Part shown: positions 30,110-38,790 of the stretch, in pieces
Position numbering within the stretch: position 1 is the stretch's first letter
How the letters are laid out: each line of letters opens with the position of its first letter
DNA from: an uncultured Acidobacteriota bacterium
Lineage (GTDB): Bacteria; Acidobacteriota; UBA6911; RPQK01; JAPXNP01
DNA: 58,495 bases
NCBI GenBank assembly: GCA_964484155.1
Contig: CAZAEY010000004.1
Span: forward strand, 1-58,495
Reading direction: 5' to 3'
Notes under the pieces: generated by a model
Seen by the model: only the letters and a program-made list of their open reading frames with translations
What the model was told of the DNA's origin: nothing
Databases searched by the model: none
Position numbers and translations under genes: made by a program

Positions 30110-31444
30110 ATGCAACACCAAAAAGAAAAAGGTTCGGCCCTGCTGGTCGTCATGCTCGTGGCGATGTCTCTATCGATCCTCGGACTTGGAATCACCTTGG
30201 TCAGCTTGGACGAGTACTCCTCAAGCGCCGAGTATGAAAATCACCTGAAGGCCCTCCAGATCGCCGACGCCGGGTTCAATGCAACCAAATCGGCGCTGCG
30301 CGGCAAGAACTTTACAACCGTCCTTTCCGCCTCCTCTCAGGCGCCGGAGTTCATCGAAGGCGCCGACGACGGAGCATTTGCCTATAGAAATCCCCTTCCC
30401 CTGCTGGAGGCTCGTTCGATAAACTTTTTGAATCCGCCAGCTTCAAGAGCGATCCGCACCGTCTACGGACTTCTGACCCCTCCCACGGGCGTCGTGATCG
30501 GCAACGGGCGATATTTCGCAAAAGTCAGCGACAACGACGACGGAGACGGAGACATATACACGGACTCCGATTCGACGGTCGTGATTCGAGTGGTTGGAAT
30601 CCACCGCAGCGGCCCAGGTCAGTCCTTCGCTTACGACAGCACGTTTCGAAACTCCGTAGCCGTAATCGAAACCATGGTCCGCAGGGACATGGCCATGAAT
30701 CTTGGAGCGCCCTTGACCCTGATCGGCCCGAACGTGTCGGCGGTGTTTGATGGAAACGCGTTCCGCATTCAGGGGGACTCTGACGCTCCCGGCATCTCGA
30801 TTTTGAACGACGATGTCGACAATGGAGACGGCTCCGCAGCCGCCCAAGAGATATACGACAGCCTGATCGCCAACCAACACAACAACATCACCGGAGCCAG
30901 CGGCGACTTCGGAAACCATCCTTCCATCCGCGACGACACGGAAGAGATTCGGGAGAGCGAAGACGAAGAGCTGCTGAAGCTGATGGACCCCGAATTTCTC
31001 GCAGAACTGCTGGAACGGATTCCGTTGATCGCCGATGAAATCTACCCGGACGGCACGAGTCTTTCGGGGGGCGAAATCCAGCTGGGAACGCACGGGAATC
31101 CGCAGATCACATACGTAGACGGCGACTTTCAACTTTCCGGAAACGGTTCCGGCTCCGGTTTGCTTGTAGTGCGCGGCAAGTTCGACTACCAGGGCGCATT
31201 CAACTACCACGGCCTCGTACTCGTGTTGGGGCAAGGGGAGCTCGACATGGGCGGCGCCAACAAATCGATTACGGGCGGCCTGTTGCTGGCCAATCTCACT
31301 GAAGACGGCTTCGGACCGGCATCTCTAACGCTTAGCGGTAACAGCCGTTTCTACTTCGACGGCGCCATGATCCAAATGGCGGTCAACCTATTTCCGTTAA
31401 AAACCTTGATGTGGCGCGAAATTACTCCGGAAATCGAGCCGTAG
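30110..31444 (+). CDS. PilX-N-domain protein, a large minor-pilin-like or tip-associated protein
   Basis: MQHQKEKGSALLVVMLVAMSLSILGL matches the PilX N-terminal pattern. At 444 aa it is much longer than typical PilX proteins. Confidence 0.7.
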   Translation: MQHQKEKGSALLVVMLVAMSLSILGLGITLVSLDEYSSSAEYENHLKALQIADAGFNATKSALRGKNFTTVLSASSQAPEFIEGADDGAFAYRNPLPLLEARSINFLNPPASRAIRTVYGLLTPPTGVVIGNGRYFAKVSDNDDGDGDIYTDSDSTVVIRVVGIHRSGPGQSFAYDSTFRNSVAVIETMVRRDMAMNLGAPLTLIGPNVSAVFDGNAFRIQGDSDAPGISILNDDVDNGDGSAAAQEIYDSLIANQHNNITGASGDFGNHPSIRDDTEEIRESEDEELLKLMDPEFLAELLERIPLIADEIYPDGTSLSGGEIQLGTHGNPQITYVDGDFQLSGNGSGSGLLVVRGKFDYQGAFNYHGLVLVLGQGELDMGGANKSITGGLLLANLTEDGFGPASLTLSGNSRFYFDGAMIQMAVNLFPLKTLMWREITPEIEP

Positions 31445-31559
31445 CATCAAGACTGGTTCGCGTTTCGTTTACTTTGGAAAAACGCGCCCCAGCGTTTGAA
31501 ATGGCCCCTTTCCATCATTCCCTCGAAACGACACCCTGCGGGTTTATCTTGAAACGGCC

Positions 31560-32072
31560 ATGCGAATCCTCACCGAACCGGCCGAGACTCCGATTGGAAT
31601 CCTGCAGCTGAGCTGCCGCGAGGAAGGAATCTGCCGGATCGCTTTCCCAGGCGGTCCGGCTTTTTCCCCGGGCAATCCCGCGACGCGGAGTTCGGGAAAC
31701 GGGCCAGGCCCAGCGGAGCGCCGCTGGGTTCGTGAAACTCGGAAGCAGCTGGCCGAATATTTCGAGCGAATGCGCAGGGAGTTTCAGCTGCCATTGGCTT
31801 TAGAAGGGACGGACTTCCAGAAGTCGGTCTGGAACGCCATCGTCAAGATTCCCTACGGAACGACGCTTTCTTACAGAGAGCTTGCGGCGCGCATCGGTCG
31901 CCCGGAGGCTGTAAGGGCCGTTGGAGGCGCAGTGGGCGCCAATCCTGTCCCGATCGTGGTCCCCTGCCACCGCGTCCTGGGTTCGGATGGCAAATTGACC
32001 GGTTTTGCAGGCGGGCTGAACGTCAAGGAGCGGCTTCTGGAACTCGAGGGAGCCCGCATACCGTTCGGGTGA
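31560..32072 (+). CDS. ogt: Methylated-DNA-protein-cysteine methyltransferase
   Basis: 170 aa with the active site IVVPCHRVLGSDGKLTGFAGG. Confidence 0.92.
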   Translation: MRILTEPAETPIGILQLSCREEGICRIAFPGGPAFSPGNPATRSSGNGPGPAERRWVRETRKQLAEYFERMRREFQLPLALEGTDFQKSVWNAIVKIPYGTTLSYRELAARIGRPEAVRAVGGAVGANPVPIVVPCHRVLGSDGKLTGFAGGLNVKERLLELEGARIPFG

Positions 32073-32093
32073 AAACGGCGTACGCAAACGCGA

Positions 32094-32480
32094 TCAGAAC
32101 TCTTTGGTTCCGAAGATCAGCGCGCTGATCCGATCCGGCTTGAGCCATCGGATAAAGGCCCAACTTCCATTCGTCCGCCGGCTCTCTACTTTCCGGCTCT
32201 GCTCGAATTCGTTGAGGATCTTTCGCGTGTTCTGAATCAGCAGCCTGTTTAAGCAATCGGTTGCGATTCTGGACAGATTCCCTTCCTCTCCGCGCAAGAG
32301 TTGGCATTCTTCGATCACCAAGGTCCGCGGATCGATGCGGAGGGAGGCATTGACGCTCTTGATCCGACAACTCAAGCGACAACTGCCGTAAAAGGAACTC
32401 TCATAGTGAAAGGCTATCTGAAGCTGGGCAAGGCTCACCCATTCGAGCCTGGCCCTCTCGTTTACGGTTTCAATTTTCAA
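32094..32480 (-). CDS. Hypothetical protein with no recognisable family
   Basis: 128-aa ORF, convergent with ogt. The sequence looks coding-like, but I recognise no motif. Confidence 0.45.
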   Translation of the reverse strand: MKIETVNERARLEWVSLAQLQIAFHYESSFYGSCRLSCRIKSVNASLRIDPRTLVIEECQLLRGEEGNLSRIATDCLNRLLIQNTRKILNEFEQSRKVESRRTNGSWAFIRWLKPDRISALIFGTKEF

Positions 32481-32759
32481 GGAGCGCCTCCTAATCCAAA
32501 CCAGCCAACCAATCAGAGGAAACTCTACTAACGCATTGGTAACCCAAAAAGTAGCGAAAAGTCAAGTGTCTTCCCTGCCATTGGGGAGAATTTGGGGCAA
32601 GAAAGGCCCTTATTTCAGGGACGACAATTCGTCATCTTCCGGTTTTCGACTCGTCTATTTCCGATCGTCCTCTGGGGCATAAATCCGTTGGAAGGGCTCC
32701 GACGCTCGACGAAACGGCAATTCAACTCTCTCGGAGACGCCGGCAATTGCAGATTTCGG

Positions 32760-33005
32760 TCAGTCCCAAGTGACTCCTGCAACCATCGAAACCGGGCCGA
32801 CGAGGTGCTCCACGCGAGTCTCTGCGAATCCCGCTTCCTCCATCCAATCGCAGCAATCGGCGCCTGTGTAATCGAAGCCTGCCGGCGTTTCAATGATCAT
32901 GTTCAGACTCATCAGCAAACCGAAAGCGTTCTTTCGCCGATCGCCGTCGATAATCGATTCTTACACGATCAAAGCCGCACTCGCTTCGCCTAGCTGCGAA
33001 CTCAT
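32760..33005 (-). pseudogene. Remnant of the C-terminal ~75 aa of a class I SAM-dependent (O-)methyltransferase, with an in-frame TAA
   Basis: Minus-frame translation gives [80 protein letters not shown]. The pattern LLxLNMLxxTxxGxxxTxxExxxWLxxAGF...V is typical of methyltransferase C-termini. There is no room for the N-terminal domain before the neighbouring gene. Confidence 0.45.
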
Positions 33006-33015
33006 TTATGAAAGG

Positions 33016-34818
33016 CTACTCGAACAACCTCCCTCCGCTCGATTGACATTTCCTGTTGCCGGGCCTTCCGACGCAATTGTCCGAGCAGCAGTCCTCATTG
33101 ATGAAGCAGGTGCTTCCGGCGGGAAGGCAGTCCTCCTGGCAGTCAGGATCTTCATCGTCAATCAAGCCGTCGCAGTCATTGTCAATGCCATCCGAGCAGT
33201 CTGTCTCAACCGGAGGCGGCGGGCCGCAATCCTCGGGGCAGTTGCACGGGTCCTCCCCTGGACCGCAAATCCCGTCGCCGCAAAAAGGTGCCGGCCCCTG
33301 ACTGAGACAGCGGGGCTGGTAGGAAGTCGCCCCGAGCTGACTGTTCCAGAGAGTCGTGCGGCACGGCGTCAACGCGACGCTTTGCCGCATATTGCCGTCA
33401 CCGTCCGGATCCCACTGGGACTGGTCCACCCACTCCAACCCGCAACAATCAACGACCACGATTGACTGTTCCCGTGGGCACCCCTTGCCTGCGAGGGCCG
33501 TCAGACTTCCGTCGGAATGAACCTGAACGGCGTTGCAGCTGGACCCCGAGAATCCGTCGGTAAAGACGGCAAGCCCTTGACTGGCCTGCTCTTTCAAGCC
33601 CCACAGCGGTCCTCCCGCGCGGTTCTCCCTCAAGGCTGAACTGTCTTCCAGATTCGTGGTGACCAGGCCGTTGTCAACTCCGGGAGTTCCTTCCGCCAGC
33701 AAGAGCTTTCCTTGCCAAAGTGCGTTTTGGGTGGTTGGATTCGCAATATAGTGCGCGGCCTTCTGTCGGTCTGCCTCTACGGCGCCGTTGATGACTGCCG
33801 GCTGTGAAGCCGGCGCACTGGGAAATGGACCGGAAGGGTTCGCCGAATCCGGGATCGTCACGACCGCCCGGTTTTGAAGGTCGAAATGGAAGCCTTCCGT
33901 CAGGATATGGGTTTCCAGGTTGGAGATAAATGGAGGCCTTCGCTGGGCAAGCTGAACCTCCGTTTCCAAAGTGGGAAAGATGAAGGTGACTGATCCCTCT
34001 CCCAACACCTTTCCCGTTCCATCGGGATACGCAGCCAGTCCGGTTTCCGAATCGACCCCGATGCCCAAAAAGGAAGTCCCCGTCGATTGTTTAAGGCGCC
34101 CCAGAAAGACTGACAGCCGTCCCAGTCGAGCCCGTGTGAAGAAGTGAGAGTCGACGATGGTTTCTTTCAGCATTACATGCGGACCTGAGAAGAAATCTTC
34201 GGTCAATTGGATGGTGTTCTGAAAGGGATCGCCGGTGGCTTCCCAGGAAGGAGCGTCGCCGGTCGAAACGACTTCAGATTGGATCATCGCGCCGGCGCTG
34301 GTTCCACCAAGCACTCCGCCGGCGCTCCAGACAGTGTGGATCGCAGATTCGGTCTTGGTGTTTTTCCAGTTGTCGACGTACTTGGACTGGTCGCCCCCGC
34401 GGAACCACAAGCCATCGTACTGGAGGATCAGGTCGTGAACCTCATCGGAATTCGGGTTCATGCAGGAAGACCTCCCGCCTCCGCCGCCCGCGGCGACGCA
34501 GACGTGGTCGGCCTCTATGGCCCCCAGACAGCGAAAATAGGCGCACTCGCCAACGAAGCTGCCCGGATTGTTCTGATTGCATTGCGGATAGGTCTCGTAA
34601 TCGACGATCAGGATCCGTCCGTTTCCTCCGTTCGGGCCGGAAAGTTTCGAGCGGTCCACAAACCATTGGAGGGTGGCGTCGGACCAATGTCCGTCCGTCA
34701 GATCGCAATTGTTGTCGAGGGACCCGCCGCCGACAATCAGATTGTATCCCTGCCCGTGCGCCGCAGACAACGCCAGGACCCATATCAGAAGAGCGAGAAA
34801 ATGATGCCTAAATTTCAT
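33016..34818 (-). CDS. Secreted cyanophycinase-like (peptidase S51) protein fused to a cysteine-rich C-terminal region
   Basis: 600 aa with signal peptide MKFRHHFLALLIWVLALSAAHG. GGDQSKY, GGTSAGAM (nucleophile Ser motif) and DSHFFTRARLGRL are typical of S51/cyanophycinase. The C-terminus carries CGDGICGPGEDPCNCPEDCG, DCSDGIDNDCDGLIDDEDPDC and a 6-Cys module. Confidence 0.8.
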   Translation of the reverse strand: MKFRHHFLALLIWVLALSAAHGQGYNLIVGGGSLDNNCDLTDGHWSDATLQWFVDRSKLSGPNGGNGRILIVDYETYPQCNQNNPGSFVGECAYFRCLGAIEADHVCVAAGGGGGRSSCMNPNSDEVHDLILQYDGLWFRGGDQSKYVDNWKNTKTESAIHTVWSAGGVLGGTSAGAMIQSEVVSTGDAPSWEATGDPFQNTIQLTEDFFSGPHVMLKETIVDSHFFTRARLGRLSVFLGRLKQSTGTSFLGIGVDSETGLAAYPDGTGKVLGEGSVTFIFPTLETEVQLAQRRPPFISNLETHILTEGFHFDLQNRAVVTIPDSANPSGPFPSAPASQPAVINGAVEADRQKAAHYIANPTTQNALWQGKLLLAEGTPGVDNGLVTTNLEDSSALRENRAGGPLWGLKEQASQGLAVFTDGFSGSSCNAVQVHSDGSLTALAGKGCPREQSIVVVDCCGLEWVDQSQWDPDGDGNMRQSVALTPCRTTLWNSQLGATSYQPRCLSQGPAPFCGDGICGPGEDPCNCPEDCGPPPPVETDCSDGIDNDCDGLIDDEDPDCQEDCLPAGSTCFINEDCCSDNCVGRPGNRKCQSSGGRLFE

Positions 34819-34980
34819 CCAAAGAGTCTATACGTGGAAACGTCCATCGGCAACGATTTTCGCTGATCCGGCCGATGATTGGTCGTCGCGCGGCGCCGCC
34901 AAGATCTACGTAAGGCGTAATGGACGCAGCGGCAATGGAGGCGCTTCCGCCGTCGAGTTTCGACGGGGCGCTTGGCACCC

Positions 34981-35397
34981 TCACCCGTATGTTTGCCTCA
35001 TATGGTTGACAGATTCAGAGATCAGCTTCCGCAAAACAGTCAAGTCGACATCTGACAGCCGCTTCACATAGAGGCACGACTTGCCGATTTTGAATTTGCC
35101 AAGCTCAGACATAAGAGCCTCATACCGGTCGAATCCAGCTGTAACGTATATCGTCAGATCGCGCTTGCGGGGCGCGAATCCGGTTAGAAACCAGTCTCCT
35201 TCTCTGCCGCTTGGGTACTTGTAATGATAGCTGCCAAAACCCACCATTCCTCCGCCCCACATTTTGGGTTCGGTCCCAGTGACTTCCTTCATCAACTGCA
35301 GCACCGTTTCGCAGTCCCGGCGCTTCTCCTCATCCTGAACTTCGTTCAGATAGGCCTCAACGCTCGCGTCGGTTTCTTTTGTCTTGTTCTCTGTCAT
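34981..35397 (-). CDS. DUF1801 (YdhG-like) domain protein
   Basis: 138 aa. VEAYLNEV...KMWGGGMVGFGSYHYKY...LTIYV is typical of DUF1801. Confidence 0.8.
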   Translation of the reverse strand: MTENKTKETDASVEAYLNEVQDEEKRRDCETVLQLMKEVTGTEPKMWGGGMVGFGSYHYKYPSGREGDWFLTGFAPRKRDLTIYVTAGFDRYEALMSELGKFKIGKSCLYVKRLSDVDLTVLRKLISESVNHMRQTYG

Positions 35398-35444
35398 CAG
35401 TCGACTCCTTCAATCGGGGGAGCAAGCCGCTTTTTCAGTCTGAT

Positions 35445-35954
35445 TCACTTGCGGCGGGAATAATATCCCAGAAACACTCGACTCCAGCTGTCGCCCCCGT
35501 CTGCGGAGGTCTCCCACTCCTGCCGGACCCTCCCGTCCGAAAGCGCGGTCCAGCGGATTTGATCCAGGACTACTCCCCGCGGCCCCGTCCTTTCCCCTTT
35601 CAGGACCATGGATTCTCCGTCGAACTCGCCGCTCAGGCGCAGCACCAATCCCCCGCCGCCGACCCACAGCTGGCGCCACTGGAGGCTCCGGCTGTCATAG
35701 AAATTCAGGCTCGTTCCAGTCCCGCCCTCGCGGCCGGACCACCTTTCAAGAAGCCCGCAGCCGTCGGACACTCGCGAGATCTCATTGCGCCCCAGCTCTT
35801 TCCCATTCGCATCTGCGACCGTCCAGGAGCCAATCCAGAAATCAAACTGCCGGTGCTCAGCCGCCGAGCAGGCGTCGCCTGCCTTCGGCTGCAGTGCCAA
35901 GCCAGCCAACGGCCCCCAGATGAGACTGAGCGAGGCGAACAGAACGATCGACAT
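35445..35954 (-). CDS. Secreted protein of unknown function, possibly with an NTF2/lipocalin-like fold
   Basis: 169 aa with a signal-like N-terminus. It has an FDFWIGSWTV motif. The family assignment is uncertain. Confidence 0.6.
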   Translation of the reverse strand: MSIVLFASLSLIWGPLAGLALQPKAGDACSAAEHRQFDFWIGSWTVADANGKELGRNEISRVSDGCGLLERWSGREGGTGTSLNFYDSRSLQWRQLWVGGGGLVLRLSGEFDGESMVLKGERTGPRGVVLDQIRWTALSDGRVRQEWETSADGGDSWSRVFLGYYSRRK

Positions 35955-36114
35955 ATCCTAGCCTCCGTCGAGATCCGAACGAAAAGGTCCGAATCTGCGC
36001 AAACTATCTGCCGGGAATTCGCCCGGAACCGAAATAGATTCTACAGCACTTCGAACGCGCGATCTGTGCCCGGCGCTGAAAACACCGGCGCCTGCCGCTG
36101 CGTTGCGCCGCCGC

Positions 36115-37014
36115 TCAATCGTTGGCTTCGGATCTTGGATGGAATCGATCGTACTCTTTACGCAGTCTTTCCCGGCTGACGTGCGTGTAGATCTGGGTCG
36201 TCGAGATGTCGGCGTGGCCGAGCATCATTTGAACCGCCCTCAAGTCGGCGCCATGCTCCAGAAGGTGCGTGGCGAAGCTGTGCCGCAGAACGTGGGGGCT
36301 CAGTTTGTCGGAAATGCCGATCTGGGCGCCGTAGTTCCGAACGATGCGCCAGAAATTCTGACGCGTCATGGGGCCGCCTTTCTGGCTGAGGAAGAGGAAT
36401 TCGGTCGATCTGCGTCGCCTTGCGTATTCCGGATACGACTCCTTCACGTAGCGCTCGACGAAATGGGCCGCCGAGTCACCCATTGGGACCATCCGCTCGC
36501 GCCCTCCTTTTCCCGCCACGCGAACCAGCCCCAGGTCCAGTCGAGCTTCGCGCGACTTCATCCTGACCAGTTCGCTGACCCGAATCCCTGTGGCGTATAG
36601 AATTTCCAGCATGGCACGGTCCCTGAGTCCTTTGCGGGAGCCGAGGTTGGGCCGGCTCAACAGATTTTCCACCTCTTCTTCCGTCAGATAGACCGGCAGG
36701 TTTCGCCAGGTTTTCGGGGCTTCCAGAGTCTCGGTCGGGTCGATCTGCAGATACCCGTCTCGGAGCAGAAACTGGAAGAACGATCGGAGTCCGACGATCT
36801 TACGATGTACGGAACGTGGCGATAGGCGTTCGTAGAGGCGTTGAATGAAGTCGCGCAGTATGTCTCGCGTCACGTCGGGCAAGGCCAGACCGGCGCCTTG
36901 CAGGAATTTTAGAAACTCTCCGACATCGGCCTCGTAGGCTTTCACCGTGTTTGCGGCCAGCCCCTTTTCGACCCGCAAGTAGTTCAGATAGGTCTGGAAG
37001 GCCTTGTGTTCCAT
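36115..37014 (-). CDS. xerD: XerC/XerD-family tyrosine recombinase
   Basis: 299 aa. LRHSFATHLLEHGADLRAVQMMLGHADISTTQIYTHV contains the RHRY catalytic residues. Its start codon directly abuts the murJ stop. Confidence 0.9.
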   Translation of the reverse strand: MEHKAFQTYLNYLRVEKGLAANTVKAYEADVGEFLKFLQGAGLALPDVTRDILRDFIQRLYERLSPRSVHRKIVGLRSFFQFLLRDGYLQIDPTETLEAPKTWRNLPVYLTEEEVENLLSRPNLGSRKGLRDRAMLEILYATGIRVSELVRMKSREARLDLGLVRVAGKGGRERMVPMGDSAAHFVERYVKESYPEYARRRRSTEFLFLSQKGGPMTRQNFWRIVRNYGAQIGISDKLSPHVLRHSFATHLLEHGADLRAVQMMLGHADISTTQIYTHVSRERLRKEYDRFHPRSEAND

Positions 37015-38655
37015 TCAGCTCCTGTTCCAGAAAAGCAGCAGGCGCACTTCACTCACCCTCAGCAGGAGGCACATTCCAGTGTAAACGGCAATGCCGACTC
37101 CGATGCAGAGAAAGAGCCTGATCAGTTGCTCAGGAAGGCTCCCTCCGGGAAGAGTCGATTCAATTCCGATCAGCGTCGCCCACACGACGCCTCCCATGAC
37201 CAGAGACGCTGCCGCTGCCTTCCATTGCATCTTTGCGACTTGATACTTTTCGAGAGCGCCCATCCGCTTTCGAAATTGATAGGCCATCAAGGAGCTGTTT
37301 ACAGTTACCGAAAGAGCGGTGCCCACAGCCAGTCCGAGATACTTGTAGCCGCCGGGAAGAATCAGAATCAGGGTGACGTTGGCGACCAGGTTGACCAGAA
37401 CCGACAGCAGACTGATTCTGACCGGCGTCCGCGTGTCGCCGAGGGCGTAAAAAGTCGGCACGTACACCTTGATGCAGCTATAGGCGTACAGACCCAGGGC
37501 GTACAGCATCAGCGCATGCGCTGTGAAGAGGGTGTCGTCCGGAGTGAAGTCTCCGCGTTCAAAGAGCGTGCGGACGGTCGGGACGGCGAGGACGATCAAT
37601 CCGGCCGTCGAAGGGATTGCCAAAAAAGAAATGAGCTTCAGCGAATTGGCCACCGTTTCCCTCACCTCCTCCCAACTCTGGCGGGAAACGTGCACGGAGA
37701 CTTCCTTTAGGTTGACGACTCCGACGGCCACTCCGAAGAGACCGATGGGCAGGTAGATGATTCGAAATGCGTAGCTGAGCCACGACACCGGTCCGTTTTC
37801 CTGCAGAAAGGACGCCAGTTGCGTATTGACCAGCACGTTGATTTGCACCGCACTGACTCCGACGATCGCTGGACCGATCAGGCGAGCTATCCTTCGAATC
37901 CCAGGGTCGTGCCAGTCGATCCGAAAGCGAAAACGAAATCCTTCGCGGCGCAGCAGCGGGATTTGCACGGCCCATTGCATCAGTCCTCCTGCCAGCGCCC
38001 CCGCTCCCATGGCGTAGATGGGAAACAGATCGGCCTCCTCGAAGCGGGGCGCCAGAAACAGACCCGCCAGGATCACGAGGATGTTGAAAATCGCAGGAGC
38101 CAAAGCTGGAAGGAAAAAGTGATTTAGGGCGTTCAGCATCCCCATGGCGGTGGAGGCCAGCGCAATCAGCATGAGAAATGGCGCCAGAATCCGAATCAGG
38201 GTGGCAGTCACCTCCACTTTTCCCGGGACTTCGTGAAATCCGGCCGCCAACAAGGTGACGAAAACGTCGGGAAAAAAGAACAGGATGATCGAAAAACCGC
38301 CGAGCCCAACCATCAGGGAGGAAAGCACCAGGTTCGCCAATTGAAAGGCGGCCTGACGACCTCCCTTTTGCAGGGCCTCGGTGAAAGTCGGCACGAAGGC
38401 CGAGCTCAGCGCCCCTTCGGCAAAGAGATCGCGCAGCATCCCCGGAACTCTGAATGCCACGAGCCACGCATCCATAAACAGCGAAGCTCCGAATAGTCTG
38501 GCGAAGACTTGATCGCGGACGAGGCCGAGGATTCGGCTAAGAAACACCGCAGCGCTGATCTTACCTGCGGCCAGCGCGGAGCCTGCACTCTTTGAAATCT
38601 CGCTTCCACGGGTCTCGGCTTGCAAGTAGCCACGGTACCATCCGCGGCTGAACAA
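37015..38655 (-). CDS. murJ: Lipid II flippase MurJ
   Basis: 546 aa and polytopic. Contains FLSRILGLVRDQVFARLFGAS, typical of MurJ/MviN. The exact start is uncertain. Confidence 0.9.
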   Translation of the reverse strand: MFSRGWYRGYLQAETRGSEISKSAGSALAAGKISAAVFLSRILGLVRDQVFARLFGASLFMDAWLVAFRVPGMLRDLFAEGALSSAFVPTFTEALQKGGRQAAFQLANLVLSSLMVGLGGFSIILFFFPDVFVTLLAAGFHEVPGKVEVTATLIRILAPFLMLIALASTAMGMLNALNHFFLPALAPAIFNILVILAGLFLAPRFEEADLFPIYAMGAGALAGGLMQWAVQIPLLRREGFRFRFRIDWHDPGIRRIARLIGPAIVGVSAVQINVLVNTQLASFLQENGPVSWLSYAFRIIYLPIGLFGVAVGVVNLKEVSVHVSRQSWEEVRETVANSLKLISFLAIPSTAGLIVLAVPTVRTLFERGDFTPDDTLFTAHALMLYALGLYAYSCIKVYVPTFYALGDTRTPVRISLLSVLVNLVANVTLILILPGGYKYLGLAVGTALSVTVNSSLMAYQFRKRMGALEKYQVAKMQWKAAAASLVMGGVVWATLIGIESTLPGGSLPEQLIRLFLCIGVGIAVYTGMCLLLRVSEVRLLLFWNRS

Positions 38656-38790
38656 TCGAATGCAGAATCCTGCGAGTGTTCCGGGAGGCGTCGCAGGGTC
38701 CGGCTTTCCCGCGGCTTTGATGTCGCCGGGCGCCCGAATCAGGCGGACTCCATCGTCCTTCCCCTGTTCTCGTCATAGAATAGAAGGCCG

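Noticed and set aside
32592-32993. Track ORFs 32592-32993 (+) and 32615-32893 (-)
   Set aside because: Their composition is not protein-like. A third frame on the minus strand gives a recognisable methyltransferase C-terminus, which better explains the region as a pseudogene.
35379-36179. 266-aa plus-strand ORF across the DUF1801/secreted-protein/xerD region
   Set aside because: It is antisense to three separate coding regions and is Pro/Ala/Arg-rich.
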